Below, one piece after another: positions 62,839-64,000 of a stretch of 64,000 bases of DNA (position 1 is the stretch's first letter; each line of letters starts with the position of its first letter). The notes beneath the pieces are model-generated. The model did not search any database and was not told the DNA's origin. It saw only the letters and a program-made list of their open reading frames with translations. Made by a program: the position numbers and the translations under genes. The stretch spans positions 36,270,001-36,334,000 of the forward strand of contig NC_043012.1 of the NCBI RefSeq assembly GCF_006345805.1, read 5' to 3'. Origin of the DNA: Octopus sinensis. Its lineage: Eukaryota.

Positions 62839-64000
62839 GTAAGTATAATCTCACTTGATATAAGTTGAGATTAATGATGCTATTAACTACACACTACATC
62901 TGGTGTTATCTGGGACATTTGGGTTTTCTGGGATTTCTCGATTATCTGAGATATCTGGTACATAATGCACCACCAAGAATTTTACTTTTCAGATGTATGC
63001 ATAAATAAGGCGTGTGGTTAATTAATTCACTTTACAATCACATGGTTCTGGGTTCAATCCCACAGGAAGGTACCTTTGATAAGCATCTTCTACCAGAGCA
63101 CCAATATGACCCAAGTCCTATGAATGTAATTGCATAGAAGACGGAAACTGTAAGGAATCTCATTAGATGAACTCTATCTGTTTTTAGGTCAGAGGCTTAA
63201 TATGGTTCTTGGTTCCTTTTGCAGATTGCCCTCTGATGCAGGGATCATTCAATACATTAATGTACTGATTCTTACAGCAGTAACCTCTAAAACTTTCCCT
63301 ATTAGTCCACAAGTCTCAGAAACCCTGAAAAGGTCAAAGGCCACTGCCTGTTGCTATTTGGATGAAGCACCTTAAAAATACAAAATGTATAGAAAATATT
63401 TTTTAAAAAAACCCTTACCTCTGAGTGTTTCAACTTCATTGATTGAATTCAGAATTGAGTTGTTAACATGGTGGCCTCCCCTCCTTTGTACTTGGTCAAA
63501 GTCTTGAGCTCATCAGCAAAATATATCCTCTCCATTTCGCGACCGTTGCCAGCGCCGCCCCGACTGGCCTTGTGCCGGTGGCACGTAAAAAGCACCATCC
63601 GTTCGTGGCCGTTTGCCAGCTCTGTCTGGCACCTGTGCGGGTGGCACGTAAAAAGCACCCACTACACTCACGGAGTGGTTGGCGTTAGGAAGGGCATCCA
63701 GCCGTAGAAACACTGCCAGATTTGACTGGGCCTGATGAAGCCTTCTGGCTTCACAGACCCCAGTAGAACCGTCCAACCCATGCTAGCATGGAAAACGGAC
63801 GCTAAACGATGATGATGATTGTGTCTTCTCTATAAGTATTTCTATGGCCATTACTCTGATAGACTTTCTCTTTGAGTACCTTCTTTGTTGAGTTTCTTGT
63901 TATAGGGAGCTTCCTGTTGTTGAGCTTCCTTTTGTCTCTTTCTATTCTAATTGCTTCTTCCTTGAACAGTAGCATCTTGTTTTCCTCTGGTCTACAATAT

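Overview
Eukaryotic, AT-rich, repeat-dense genomic DNA. The SINE, LINE and microsatellite landscape suggests a cephalopod (Octopus), but this is inference. Two intron-containing genes lie on the + strand, and I assembled both by hand from GT-AG boundaries with consistent phases. (1) The last five coding exons of SON (G-patch + dsRBD; 798-7715). (2) CFAP61/C20orf26: 25 coding exons from ATG 19820 to 62838, 1052 codons in frame, continuing past the window end. A probable non-coding first exon ends at 14104, just downstream of a palindromic RFX X-box (13879-13891). The rest is tRNA-derived SINEs, CR1/RTE/REL-type LINE fragments, a mariner remnant, MITEs, Helentron-like elements, foldback palindromes and satellites. 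Almost all long ORFs in the supplied track are repeat artefacts. The most interesting non-genic signals are: a tRNA-headed element with a Penelope-type minimal hammerhead ribozyme fold (38425-38668); a second hammerhead-like fold (27909-27950, minus); a 21-bp-phased array of RFX half-sites in a CFAP61 intron (41908-42152); inverted arms bracketing the CFAP61 promoter; a 1-kb foldback element; a duplicated exon fragment; and a ~500-bp (GGC)n tract. No CRISPR, rRNA or intact tRNA gene was found.
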